32,000 nucleotides of DNA from contig BAAFSQ010000084.1 in NCBI GenBank assembly GCA_054661495.1, positions 5,285 through 37,284 of the forward strand, written 5' to 3'. A model generated the notes under the pieces. That model had not been told where the DNA came from and ran no database searches. It worked only from the letters and a program-made list of their open reading frames with translations. Position 1 is the stretch's first letter. The number at the start of each line of letters is the position of its first letter. Source of the stretch: Zygophlyctis sp. KS116. Lineage: Eukaryota; Fungi; Chytridiomycota. Below, piece after piece: positions 1 to 11,300 of this stretch. A program made the translations under genes and the position numbers.

Positions 1-876
1 AAGTAGCATAGAAGATTTATCTGAAGGAGATGAGGGTACCCAATGAGAAAATCCTTCAGAAGACTTACTAGCTCCAATATTAGCAGTTTCATTCTCTTTG
101 AGATTCTCTTTTGATTTTGACTCATCACTTGCTAAAAGCGCGAACCAATTAGTTAGTCCCCCATTTGCATCCTGATTTCCAGTAGTAGGATCAGCTCCGA
201 TATTAGCAGTCTCGTTATCTTCGAATTTATCTTGAGATGACTTTTTACGTTTTTCTGACCAACACCAAGCCCATAAAATTAAGAGTAAAATCAAGAGAAA
301 TAATGTACCAAAAACAGCCAAAATGATTATATCTCTTTGAGACAGAGCTGATCCATAAGAAGTAACCGGACCATCACCTTGAGGAGGTAAACTTCCAGGA
401 TTATTATTATTTGGTGGACCGACTACGCCAGGTCCAGGCACAGATCCCGGTGGATTTGGATTTCCAATTGGATTCCCTGGAAGAGGACCATTAGAGCCTC
501 CTGGATTTCCAGTAACAGGAAAACCAGTTTGTGGATCAATCGGGATCCCAGTCACAAGATCAGTAGGCCGCCCCGTCGCTGGATCGACTGGCCGCCCAGA
601 AACCGGAGTAACTGGAATAACCGGGGGTATAAATGGTATGCCTGGACGTCCAGGAGTATTCCTTATATGCCCAGGCGGTGGGACTATGATTAAATCTGGA
701 TCTCCATAACTGTAGCCACCAGGATCTCTAATATACTCATATTTTGAATGATCTAAACATAAAATATAAAAAAACTTACATCTTGAGTATCTAGATTTCA
801 GTGATTTCATTGATTTTGCTGAATGCATTGCTAATGCACTTGTAGAGTATAGAATTATAATGTGCTTCCAGAGCAT
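1..876 (-). CDS. Single-pass membrane protein with Pro/Gly-rich ectodomain (DPxTG-like repeats); 3' end runs off the window
   Basis: ATG at 876 (MLWKHIIILYSTSALAMHS, signal-peptide-like). Probable 27-nt GT-AG intron 753-779. Then P/G-rich segment (GRPVDPATGRPTDLVTGIPIDPQTG), hydrophobic helix IIILAVFGTLFLLILLLILWAW followed by basic KRKK; frame open to position 1. Confidence 0.7.
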   Translation of the reverse strand, partial: MLWKHIIILYSTSALAMHSAKSMKSLKSRYSRCKFFYILCLDHSKYEYIRDPGGYSYGDPDLIIVPPPGHIRNTPGRPGIPFIPPVIPVTPVSGRPVDPATGRPTDLVTGIPIDPQTGFPVTGNPGGSNGPLPGNPIGNPNPPGSVPGPGVVGPPNNNNPGSLPPQGDGPVTSYGSALSQRDIIILAVFGTLFLLILLLILWAWCWSEKRKKSSQDKFEDNETANIGADPTTGNQDANGGLTNWFALLASDESKSKENLKENETANIGASKSSEGFSHWVPSSPSDKSSMLL

Positions 877-1041
877 TGACTGATGAGAATTTTTAATAAT
901 TTGAAACAACTGGACGCCTTTGAAACAGGTTTAGAAAACCGACTCTGAACGGTCACATTGATAATGATTAATTGATTTTCGTAATGAAATGCAATAACTG
1001 ATCTCTTATCAAAAATACAGGGGTTAATGCTCAAAAAACTC

Positions 1042-1447
1042 ATGTCCCTGACTCAAGTGTCTACAGAATTAGCTCCAAAAGCGATCGGTCCTTATTCTCA
1101 AGCGATCAAGGCCAATGGATTTGTATTTACAGCTGGACAAATTCCTCTTGATCCTAAAACTATGGAGGTAGTTGAAGGCGGAATCCAAGAGCAAACGAGA
1201 CAGTCTCTGATGAATTTAGAACAAGTCCTCAAGGCTTCCGGATCTGATTTTTCCAAAGTAGTAAAAACTACAGTCTTTCTAAAGGTAATTATTAAATATA
1301 ATATTTTAGGATATGAATGATTTTGCAAAGATGAATGAGACTTATACTCTACATTTTGGCGATAACAGACCTGCGCGATCTGCAGTTCAAGTATCTAGAT
1401 TACCAAGAGATGTACTAGTTGAAATTGAAGCTGTTTCTTTATTATAA
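1042..1447 (+). CDS. RidA/YjgF/UK114 family reactive-intermediate (enamine/imine) deaminase, Mmf1/Hmf1-like
   Basis: Motifs [27 protein letters not shown]|[22 protein letters not shown] after removing 25-nt intron 1285-1309; stop TAA 1445-1447. An upstream in-frame ATG at 1027 is possible. Confidence 0.93.
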
Positions 1448-1470
1448 ATAATAAAAATAATTTCGATTTC

Positions 1471-2200
1471 TTATTTTCCTGCAATGGGAATTGTCAACTG
1501 TGCTGATTTCTTATTACGCATCAGTGCAAGATCTCCACGAGGGAAATCTTTTACAGTTTCAAAATTCTTTTCGGGATAATCCATCCAAGTTTGTACTCCA
1601 TATCTCTTGGATTGTTCAACTGATGGTAGAAATATATCTACTTTATGGCCATGAGAATCAGTAGATGGCGTAGACTCTAAAATATCAACCAATTTCTGGG
1701 AAGAGTATTGAAATCCAGTATGATTCAAGGTATTAATTCTAATAAATTTACAGATTCAGTAGATTTCCCAGCAGGTTTAGAGACATCCGGACTTTTAGGA
1801 AATCCATCAACTTTAGAATTGGCCTTCATCTGACTTAAATAATGATTTTCAATTTGATCTTGTCCTTGCAAATCAGACTTTTTAGTGATTTTAGCTCTAA
1901 CATTAAATTATTAAAAATAAATCTTACGATTGTCTCTCAATAAACTTGTTTGAATCATCAAAACATAAAAACCACAAATGATCTCTTGGTTCTTGTCTTG
2001 GCTTTTGAGAATCATTGACTGCCTTTGCTTTATTAGTGTAATCAGATGAATGTGTTGTTTTATAAGTTTCCTAAAATTAAAAAACTATAAATTACTGAAT
2101 GAAATCCATAATCCCAAATTGCCTTACAAGACTCTGTTTTATTATTCTTTTTCACTTCCTTTTGTGGAGTTCCAGGTCTCTTGATAGCAAAATAAGACAT
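1471..2200 (-). CDS. Hypothetical protein, 4 exons
   Basis: ATG 2200; GT-AG introns 2071-2095 (25 nt) and 1897-1927 (31 nt). Third intron starts at GT 1751 and ends either at TG 1726 (26 nt) or AG 1696 (56 nt), both in frame with the 1471-1728 ORF. No recognised domain. Confidence 0.65.
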
Positions 2201-2228
2201 GAAAACGTCAGATTAAAAATGTCCGATT

Positions 2229-3004
2229 TTATTCACCATTGACTGTTAATGTTGCAGAGACTAAATCATTCATTTTTGGAAAATTCATCTTTTCCTCTAA
2301 TGCATTCTAAAATAAATCATTAAATATTTTTACCTGTGCCCAAATCAACATTTTCAAAAGATTTGGTAATTTTGGGTCCTTATCTTGACTCTGTGATGTT
2401 AAAATTGCTGCATTAAGTTCTGAAGCTGTTTTTTGCCTTTGAGAAGCCTCTAATAAATCTCCTACTGGAGAAGTAGAAATACTATCAAATGCTAATAGAG
2501 CCATTGTACGCTCCAATTCCAACAAGAATTCAGGCTTTTCCTTTAATCAAAGTAATTTACATTTTCTTCTCCTCTTGGAGCTAATTCCTGTTGAGCAAAA
2601 ATAATTGCTTCATTAATTTTATCTGCACGAATAAATTCAATTAGTTTTTGTTGTTGAAGATGAAAATAGAGAGCAGGATTTGTATCTAAAATCTACAATT
2701 AAATGAAAAATAGTACTTCTGGGTCCAAATCGTTAACTTTTTCGATCGCTTCATCAATATTTCCACTTTCGACAGCAGTTCTTACATTCATTCTTTCTTG
2801 TATTGTACTCAAATCTACATTTGGAGGAATATTGGCTTCTTTAGAAAACTTCTCTGCTGCGTCCTTGTATCCTTGAATGACTAGATAGTTCATGACAAGT
2901 TTATTTATATCACTAGCATTTAATCTAAATTATTACGTTTTATTTATATCTACACTGGCTAGTTTAGACTCCCATTCAGGCGTTGAAATTGACTTTTTTG
3001 ACAT
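2229..3004 (-). CDS. GID8: GID8/Twa1 LisH-CTLH-CRA subunit of the GID/CTLH E3 ligase
   Basis: INKLVMNYLVIQGYKDAAEKF (LisH), LYFHLQQQKLIELIR, ELERTMALLAF, QRQKTASELNAAIL. Introns 2913-2936, 2693-2716, 2535-2560, 2307-2333. Confidence 0.92.
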
Positions 3005-3101
3005 TTTTCAAACGCGAGCCTAGACAAACGTGGAATCTTGCACTTTACTCTCGCTACGGTGATCATTCATCTTTAGCATGTGCATCCTCCTTGAGTCATG
3101 A

Positions 3102-4380
3102 TTATCGCTCAACAAGTGATCTTTGTAAATCAGATATAATACGTCCAGTCTCTAGTACATACTCATGAGACATCCCAAAAGTCTGTGATAGGACCCGATA
3201 AGACTCTATAGTCATCTCTAAAACTTGTTGTAAAGGGTAGAGTGGAGTCTCTAAATACATCAAGTATTTAATTCTCTTGTACATTAGAAATCCAAGATGA
3301 GTTGAGAGTCTTGTTTTTGTAATCTTTTTGTACTCTAAAATTTGATCAGAGAGAGTTGGTATTAATTCTTCAAGTAAATTCTCTTGATCTAAAACCTTGA
3401 TTAATTCTTGTCGTGTTTCTAAAGCATATTCATGTCCTGAATCTACTACTTCAAGTAGATTTTCTAATTGAATTTTTAGTTTTTGAGAATTTAGAGACTT
3501 TAAATTTTGTTTAGATGGTAGTTGTAAATCAAAATCACAAAATTCACATCTCAAGTAGAGTGAATTTGTTGTTTTTAAACAGTTTTGATTTTGACACTAA
3601 TTTTAGATTTCCCCTAAAAATTACCTTTATAAAATCTCTTGAATCTTGAATTTTTAGAGTACAAATATCACAATTACATTTAAAATTCCAACCTCTTAAT
3701 TCCTTTAAACGACTAGTAGTATTTAAAGTAAATGGAACATAATTAGTAGTAATTTCTTGACCTTTTTTAATCTCTTGACTAGCAAAAACAGTCAAAGTTT
3801 TTCCTTTAAAACAAAAAATAGTATTTTCACTACAATCATGATTTAAAAGACTTGCCAATGGAAATAATCCCACTGCAACATTTTCAAAGTCTGAATTTGT
3901 GATTCCAATTACATTTGTATCTAAAATTTGAGAAATTGCAATAAAATCCTTGAAATCCAATTTTTGATCTAAAATTTCCCAACATTTTTCAAAATTACTA
4001 GAGAAACTTGTAGTCTTTGAATTCCTAGATAAATTTAATTTTTCCAATTCATTTTTTAGAAGCAGAGATCTAAGAATTAATCTAGTTTGAGTATTAATTT
4101 CAGATCCTTTTAAATTTGTCAATCCTTTACATTCCAGTGTATGACTCTTGTAATCCCATGACTGACATTCTCTTGAACAATAATAAACTTGACAACAATT
4201 ACTACATTTCTTTGTAGCAAATTTAAAACAATTCTGACAAGATTCCTTGTTTAAAGGAGAATATAGAATAGAGTCTTCTTGCAGTAGTCTAGTCCCTTGT
4301 TTAATATCTGTAGTTGCAATCCAACAGGTCCCTCTTTCCTCTAATCTAGAAATTTCAAACATTTTAAACGAATTTGACAT
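3102..4380 (-). CDS. SET and MYND domain (SMYD-type) lysine methyltransferase
   Basis: MYND finger CQNC..CSNC..YCSRECQ..H..EC inside a split SET domain (LFPLASLLNHDC, GQEITTNY), post-SET FKCNCDIC. The 28-nt intron 3597-3624 joins the two ORFs in frame. Confidence 0.88.
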
Positions 4381-4417
4381 TAGTGACGAGGGTTTACATT
4401 AGTGACGAGGGTCTACA
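4377..4417. promoter_or_regulatory. 37-bp bidirectional intergenic region made of two 19-bp tandem copies, each with TGACG
   Basis: ACATTAGTGACGAGGGT(T/C)T twice, between divergent ATGs at 4380 (-) and 4418 (+). Confidence 0.6.
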
Positions 4418-7178
4418 ATGTTTGCATTCACTGAAACTGAATTATTCACAATAAAACTTGACAATGCAGACTTGAGTCTTGTTCAAAACATTAACAAGGA
4501 ATTTTCTATTTTCACAAACAGCAACGGAAATCTAGAAATTTTCTCTCAGCCAAAAATCACAAGAATTTCTCAAATTTCAAAGAATTTATTTTCTTGGGAA
4601 ATTCATGGTCTAGAATTCAATTCGAATCTGGAAACTCTGGAAATTTTACTAAAATCCAATCTTGCATTTCAAGCACAGGATTTATTTCACGAGCCGTTTT
4701 CTTGGACTGTTGTATATTCTCAAAGAAATCAGGGGATTGAATCCAGTGATTGTAAATCCAGTGATTGTAAATCTCATCATGGGAAAATTGATGCTGTAAA
4801 ATATACTATTCAGAAAATATTAACAAATACTCAAATCTGTCACTATGATTATGTAAAAGTATGGGTGGGGTCTTGGAATGTAAATTCACAAATGGATTTA
4901 CCAGTCTCTTTAGAGTCATGGATACTAAATGATGACTATGATTTTTGTGTTTTTGGGTTTCAAGAGTTGGATACAAGTACAGAGGCGTATATAGTACAAG
5001 ATTATAAAAGAGAAGCTGAATGGTCACTTTTAATAGGAAAAAGATTAAAAGATTATACAAAAATCATTTCAAAACAGTTGGTAGGAATGTTGGTTTTGGT
5101 TTATGTTAAATCTAGTCTAGAAAATTACGTGTCAAATGTACAAACAGATTCAATTGGGACTGGGCTCTTGGGGATGATTGGGAATAAAGGAGCAGTAGCT
5201 GTTAGATTTATGTTTAAAGATTCACATTTTTGTTTTGTAAATTCACATTTAGCGGCTGATGTAGCAAGTATGGAGAAAAGAAATCAGGATTATAGAGAAA
5301 TAAGTAGTAAATTAGGTTTTTCTCTAGACAATTTAAAAGATTTTGAAGAATTTTGTCTTCATTTTCCTTGGATTTCTATAAATTATAAGGAATTAAATTC
5401 AGATTTGATGGATAAAACTCGACTTTCCATTTTTGATGTAGAGTAATTTTATCTCTATTAATACTATTTAGTCATTTGATCTGGTTAGGAGATTTAAATT
5501 ATAGAGTATTGGCATCTGAAGACTATTCAAAGGAATTAATAAGTGCGAATCAGTTGGATCATCTTTTAATAAGGGATCAACTTTTGCAGGAAATTAAAGA
5601 TCAAAAGGCCTTTAGTACATTTAAAGAGGGGAAAATTAACTTTCCACCGACTTATAAATTTCAAGTAGGGACAGATAATTATTATAAAGGGTATACTAGA
5701 ACTTTTAAATCATACAGTGAAAAACAGAGAACGCCATCCTGGTGTGATAGGATTTTATGGCATCAAAATCAACAAATTATCCAGGATGAATCGTGGTTGG
5801 ATTTGATTTGGTACAAAAGTGCAATGGAGTTTAAAATGAGTGATCATAAGCCGGTTATGGCATTGTTTAATCTGAAAGCTAGATCTGTGGATTACCATCA
5901 ATTTGAGAAAACTGTTAATCAAGCCTCGCGCGAATTAGATAAACTAGAGAACGCTTCTCTGCCATCTGTAAAAATTAACCAGCAACAATTACAATTTGGA
6001 GATATTAGATATCGTAGTCCTAAAACCTGCTCATTTGTCATTGAAAACACTGGAAAGGTATTCTATCAAAAATGATTTCTAGTCCCCTGCTCAATTTACA
6101 TTTGCACTTAAGCCTGGATCTAATAAAGCCGTTCAACCATGGTGCCATCCTAGTAAAACCTCTGATACCATAGTTCCTGGTCAGAAACTTGAAATTTTTG
6201 TGACGCTGTTTGTTGATAAGCCAGATCAGGCACGATCTCTAACTTATGGAAAATCTCAACTGAGCGAAATATTGGTTGTTAGGATTCTAAATAGTAGTGA
6301 CTACTTTATAAGTATTGACGCTCAATGGCTCCCAAATATCTTTGGATTAGATCTAACATTTTTGTGTTTGCTGAAAAATCCAATACGCGGGTATTCCTTA
6401 CCCGAACTGTCTGTATTTGAAGGCCAGATTAAAGCTACTGGTGGGAGATTTTCAAGAATATTTGTTCCAGAACAGTCAAGCTCAAGTAGTGCTAGTACTA
6501 TTGATAATTCTTTAGATCCTTCTGCTAGATACTCAATCCCCAAACCTGTCTGGATTCTAATTGACTTTTTATATAAAATGGGGGACCCGATTGACGTCGA
6601 ATTAACCATTCATAATGGTGTATATCAATATATTTGCGAATGCCTATGTCATGGAGTTGATATCAGCACTGAAATTTTTGAAGCTGATCAAATATTGAAA
6701 TCTATAGATTCCTTTAATGTCGCTACAACGCCATACATTCCTAAAAACCAAGAAATAATATTATTTGAATCAAGGGTCAAATCGTGGGGAATTAAAAGAT
6801 CCACGGCCTTGACATGCGGACTACAAGTATTGTATGATTTCCTAAATGAAATCCCAGAACCCATAATACCATTCTCACTGTACAATCGCGTAATTTCTGA
6901 AGGATATCAGAGTTTATCATTGGCCAAATCAGTTTTGTACCAAATCCCAACTCTAAACTATAATCTATTTATTTATATCTCTAGTTTTTTCAAACATTGG
7001 CTGCAGAAAGATAAAAAAGGAACTATTAAAGCAAACTTGAGTAAGTTTATATTTTTAATTTCTAGCTAGCAAATTATCAAATTTAATGATAAGAGAACCT
7101 CTTCAATCTCATTACATCAGTTCAGAAAATTCTTCTACAAGATCCAGAAAACTTGAATTTCTATCACACTTTGTTTAA
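4418..7178 (+). CDS. OCRL: OCRL/INPP5B-type inositol polyphosphate 5-phosphatase with ASH and RhoGAP-like domains
   Basis: WVGSWNVN, FGFQELD, GNKGAV, FVNSHLAA, WLGDLNYR, FPPTYKF, PSWCDRILW, SDHKPV; ELDKLEN..P (ASH start); SIPKPVWILIDFLY and EIPEPIIPFSLY (RhoGAP-like). Introns 5443-5471, probable 5691-5717, 6058-6082, 7041-7065. Confidence 0.9.
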
Positions 7179-7414
7179 GAAGACATATTATCATAAATGA
7201 CATAACCAACAAAAGCAGTAGATCCTACACCTAGTCCAGGAAGCATTTGAGAGACTCTAGTCTTGAATGAGAAGGTGTCATGTTGACGCCAGGCATATCT
7301 AGCAGCCCATGGATCCGGTTTCCCTGTAGTGCCTTCAAGAAATGGAGGATTTGGCCTGAAGGCCTTGAATGGGAATAAAGAGAATTCAGGAGGAGGAGGA
7401 ATTTTAGACTTCAT
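7175..7414 (-). CDS. NDUFB3: NADH:ubiquinone oxidoreductase B12 subunit (NDUFB3-like)
   Basis: DPWAARYAWR motif followed by PGLGVGSTAFVGYVIYD helix, typical of the NDUF_B12 family. Confidence 0.8.
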   Translation of the reverse strand: MKSKIPPPPEFSLFPFKAFRPNPPFLEGTTGKPDPWAARYAWRQHDTFSFKTRVSQMLPGLGVGSTAFVGYVIYDNMSS

Positions 7415-7670
7415 TTCTTATTAGAAAAATCGCGCAAATTTTCTTAAAAGAATTCTTTAAAACGCCTACTCATTCTCCTAGCTATAGTTGGTGGGCACTA
7501 CTAAATGATATAAACTTTTAAGAGATGCTATAGAAAACTAGAAATGCAGACTTGCCTGCATAAAAGAATGAATCCAAAAGACTTTCATTTAAAATTCCAA
7601 TTTTTCTTATTATATTGAAATTTTATATCACTTTAATTCTAATAAATTTTAATAAAATCCGTCTGAAAAA

Positions 7671-8066
7671 TCACTCTGGAGGAATTAATTCATCTACTCC
7701 CCAATCTTCCCAACAACCATCTGGTAAATATCTTCGAATAAGTAGAGGTAATTTCCTCTCTCTCAACTCTTTCATTGCAATTTCCAACGGATCAGTTTCC
7801 CCACTTAACTCTACCATTAGAGGTGCATTCATTGAAATTTGTAAAGCTCTAGTTCCTAATAGTCTTGCCTTTTCATATTTAGTCATGTATGGAGTAGTGG
7901 TTCTTTCAACTTTGGAAATCTCAGTTCCCTTCTTGGCAGAGGCTCCCTAACTGTTATATACTAATATTACTATTTCTACAACAGAAGCATTATTAATATC
8001 TGGTTCTACTGCCTCCATTTCCTGTTCAAAATCTGCTGAAAAGTGATCATCATCATCAGAATCCAT
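7671..8066 (-). CDS. RPB6: RNA polymerase I/II/III shared subunit RPB6/Rpo26
   Basis: Acidic N-terminus, [39 protein letters not shown]. 24-nt intron 7947-7970. Confidence 0.96.
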
Positions 8067-8092
8067 TTAAGTTGTAGGGCCAACGGTGCAAA

Positions 8093-9827
8093 ATGAGTCT
8101 TAATTTAGATGATATGATGGCTGCTATGGGATTACCTGTTGGGTTTGGGAAGAAATCAATGGCAAAAAATGCTAAAAGTAACAATTCAGCAAAGACTGCC
8201 GACTCTAGCGAAATAGGCAAAGAAATAACTGATCACTCGGATGCTATTGGTCAAGATCAGGATTCTGATGATGACTTTGGGCCACAGCCAGCGGTAAATA
8301 TGGATCAGGAAGAGTTGGATGACTTGCCATTATCAAATTCTGTTTTATTAAAAGCACATTCAAAATCAGTCACGGCAGTTAGTCTCGATCCTTCCGGAGG
8401 AAGATTAATAACAGGAGGTAGAGATAATCAAGTAGTTATTTGGGATTTTCATGCCATGGATAAGAGACTGCATCACTATAAGAAATTTGAGCCAATAGAA
8501 GGAAATCCTGTATTTTTTTAATATTTATGTTTTAGATTGTGGATTTGGCCTTTGGTTCTTCTGGAGATAGGTTTTTATTAGCATCTCCAGAGTCTGTTAT
8601 CAAGGTTTATAGTAGAGAAGGAGAATTACAAGCAACTTTTTCTAAAGGGGATCCTTATATTAGAGATCCAAAGCGTACAGTGGGTCATACTGCTCAAATA
8701 ACTTCAGTCAAATGGGCTCCAAATGATAAAAAAGCTTTTTACACTTCATCATATGATTCTACAATTAGGCTTTGGAATATAGAGGATCCAAAAAAGCATG
8801 TTTGGTATGTTTTGTTTTGTAATTTGTTAGGGTAATACCTGTAAAATCCAAGGTTCCAGGTTGTAGAACTCCAATTACATCAGTAAATATGTCACAAGAC
8901 TCTAGAAGTATTGCTGGAGGTGCAGAAGATGGGGTTTTGCGGATTTGGTCAACCAAGGGTCCATTTGTTTTACCAACTCACAGTCTAGAAAATGCACATA
9001 CGCCAGGGATGGCTATTTCAAGTGTTTTATTTAAGAGAGATGGAAAATATCTCCTGTCTAGAGGATGTGATCATACTTTAAAACTATTTGATGTAAGAGC
9101 TTTTAAAAAGCCTTTAGCAACAGTCTCGGATTTATTAAATCTTTATGAATCTACAAACATTTTATTAACTCCTGATGAAAAGTATGTTTTGACAGGAACT
9201 TCAATTACAAAGGAAAATGGCGCGGGATTTATCAAAATATTTGATTCTTCAACTTTAAAACTAGTCAGAGAAGTTGATATGGGACATGTATCTGTTATTA
9301 ATTTAAATTGGCAAACAAAACTTAATCAAATATTCGCAGGCCTATCTGATGGAAGCGTATCTGTACTCTACAACCCATCTTCTTCTTGTGCTGGGATATT
9401 AGAACCGTTGGCTAAAGAAGTTAAAAAACGAGCGGTAGATGATATAGAATACAATACAGGATATATTGAAGTGGAAGCTCAGGAGGAAAGACCCATATTC
9501 CCTGAAGAGTATGAATTTGAACAACAAGACGAAAGATTGATTGATGAGCTTAGAAATTACGTTGATCCGAGAGATTTACGTAAACCTGAAATGCCTGGTA
9601 GAAGAGTCAGACCAAACACATCATTCTTGAAGGATGGAGAAGTAGCTAAAGCAATCAATGAAGATCCTAGAGAGGCTATACTTAAACATGCTGATGACGC
9701 AGCCAAAAATCCATACTGGGTGGCACCAGCCTACAAGAAAACGCAACCTGTACCTGTTTTCACTAGCTCAGTATATGTCACTGAAGAAGAAGCTAAAAGA
9801 GACGCCAAAAAACGGAGAAGACAATAA
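8093..9827 (+). CDS. WDR70: WD40 repeat protein WDR70/Gad1
   Basis: N-terminal MGLPVGFGKK, KGDPYIRD..T.GH, C-terminal EDPREAILKHA...NPYWVAPAYKKTQP. Introns 8510-8535 and 8805-8830 (26 nt each). Confidence 0.9.
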
Positions 9828-10392
9828 AATAAAATGTACAGTCTTTATCCCAATACATTTATGATTAAATTAACGTTAGGCACCAGCTGGTACAAGTAGA
9901 TAGAAGAAATTTAGATGATCATCCATTGAATAAAATATAATTACATGTAATCATATGACAACTATATAAATTGCATTCCTTTGGGCCAATTTTTTGTTTG
10001 TAAATTCTATGGGTGAGATCTCTAAAGCTTATATGAAATAAATGATGCCTTTTAAATTATCTGATTTATAATCCAAAACATATCTTTTGATTTCCATTAA
10101 TCGTAATTTCATGTAAGATTAAAGAATTTAAACGTGATTTTCTCAAAATATCGTACTTTAAACCATTACAAACGGAAATCAAACATTCAACTCTATAGTT
10201 ATATAAATCTACAGATCAAATTTTGTAACTACATCTTTAAAACTGTATATTTTGTACGTGATTTTGTATTTTTTGTTCAAAAATCACATCTTCGGACAAC
10301 ATTTTAAATACCTTCAAGTTGTCCGATTTTACTCATTTTTAAATCTAAAGATGCCTCTTTTATATATCAAAATGATCTAAAAAAATTCAAGT

Positions 10393-10959
10393 CTATATCT
10401 GTTCTGATTGTAATTTTAAACTAAAATAACGACAAGTCTTATTACGGTTCAGGGAATGCATACAATCTGGATAAGAGATATTACAAAAAAACTTTTTTCT
10501 TATAATTTGCTCTTTATACTTTGGTTTATTGATCTTGATTATTAACAAGTCATTATGAGTCCCCTGTATGGCTCCAGAGAGCTTTGAACTTGCACTCAAA
10601 ATGACGATTTCACGATCTAGAAGCAATACAAATAAATATATATTTTATGTCCTTAACTTTGATAAACTTCTTTATGATATTCTGAAGTCAAGAAGATCTC
10701 TGATCTCTTGAATCGAGGCCCTTTTTTGTTTCCGTATATTATTTTGTATTTTATCTAAATCTGTCACAAAGTATGTTATTTTCCCATTAATAGACTTCTT
10801 AATGATATCGCTAGGGAATATCTTGTTTCTGCAGCAAATGCATAATGCATTATTATGATAATCGCCAGAATATATTACGGACAGATCACGCTTGCAAATA
10901 AAGCAACTGAAATAAGATATAGCCACCAAAATGTCTTGGATAATCAGCTCATTATTCAA
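10393..10959 (-). pseudogene. Two short ATG-less Cys-containing ORFs, possibly a decayed or foreign gene
   Basis: ORFs 10672-10959 (CFIC...CICC) and 10393-10626 start at TTG; the nearest ATG (10963) is one base out of frame. No recognised family. Confidence 0.25.
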
Positions 10960-11300
10960 ACATTTTTATAATATAATACATAGCTCCTAATATTTTTTAT
11001 ATCAATTTTAAGATTGGCAATACGTCCGATTTGCCGACGGACAAGTTTTCCTGCATGCATTAATTTACATTAAGTATTAATGGTAATTTTTTGCAATAGA
11101 ATCATAGATTTTACTAAACTGTATGATCTATTCTATAAATTAAATACAGACGACTAAATGAATCTAGATTTTTCAATTTTTTGCTCATTAATATGAATGA
11201 TTTATTAAATAGATTATAGAAATAGAAATATATTTATTATAGTTGAATATAAAGTTTACAAAGGTAAATCAATTAATCTTCTTGAGGATATCCAATTTGA

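Noticed and set aside
855-1043. 62-aa minus-strand ORF
   Set aside because: It spans the divergent promoter and overlaps the RidA start; a better ATG with a signal peptide exists at 876 in another frame.
3039-3085. Hairpin TGCAC...GTGCA downstream of SMYD as a SECIS element or snoRNA
   Set aside because: No in-frame TGA in the gene, stems are short, and no clear box motifs are present.
4739-4772. 15-bp tandem duplication encoding SSDCK twice in OCRL
   Set aside because: Ordinary in-frame slippage in a linker region.
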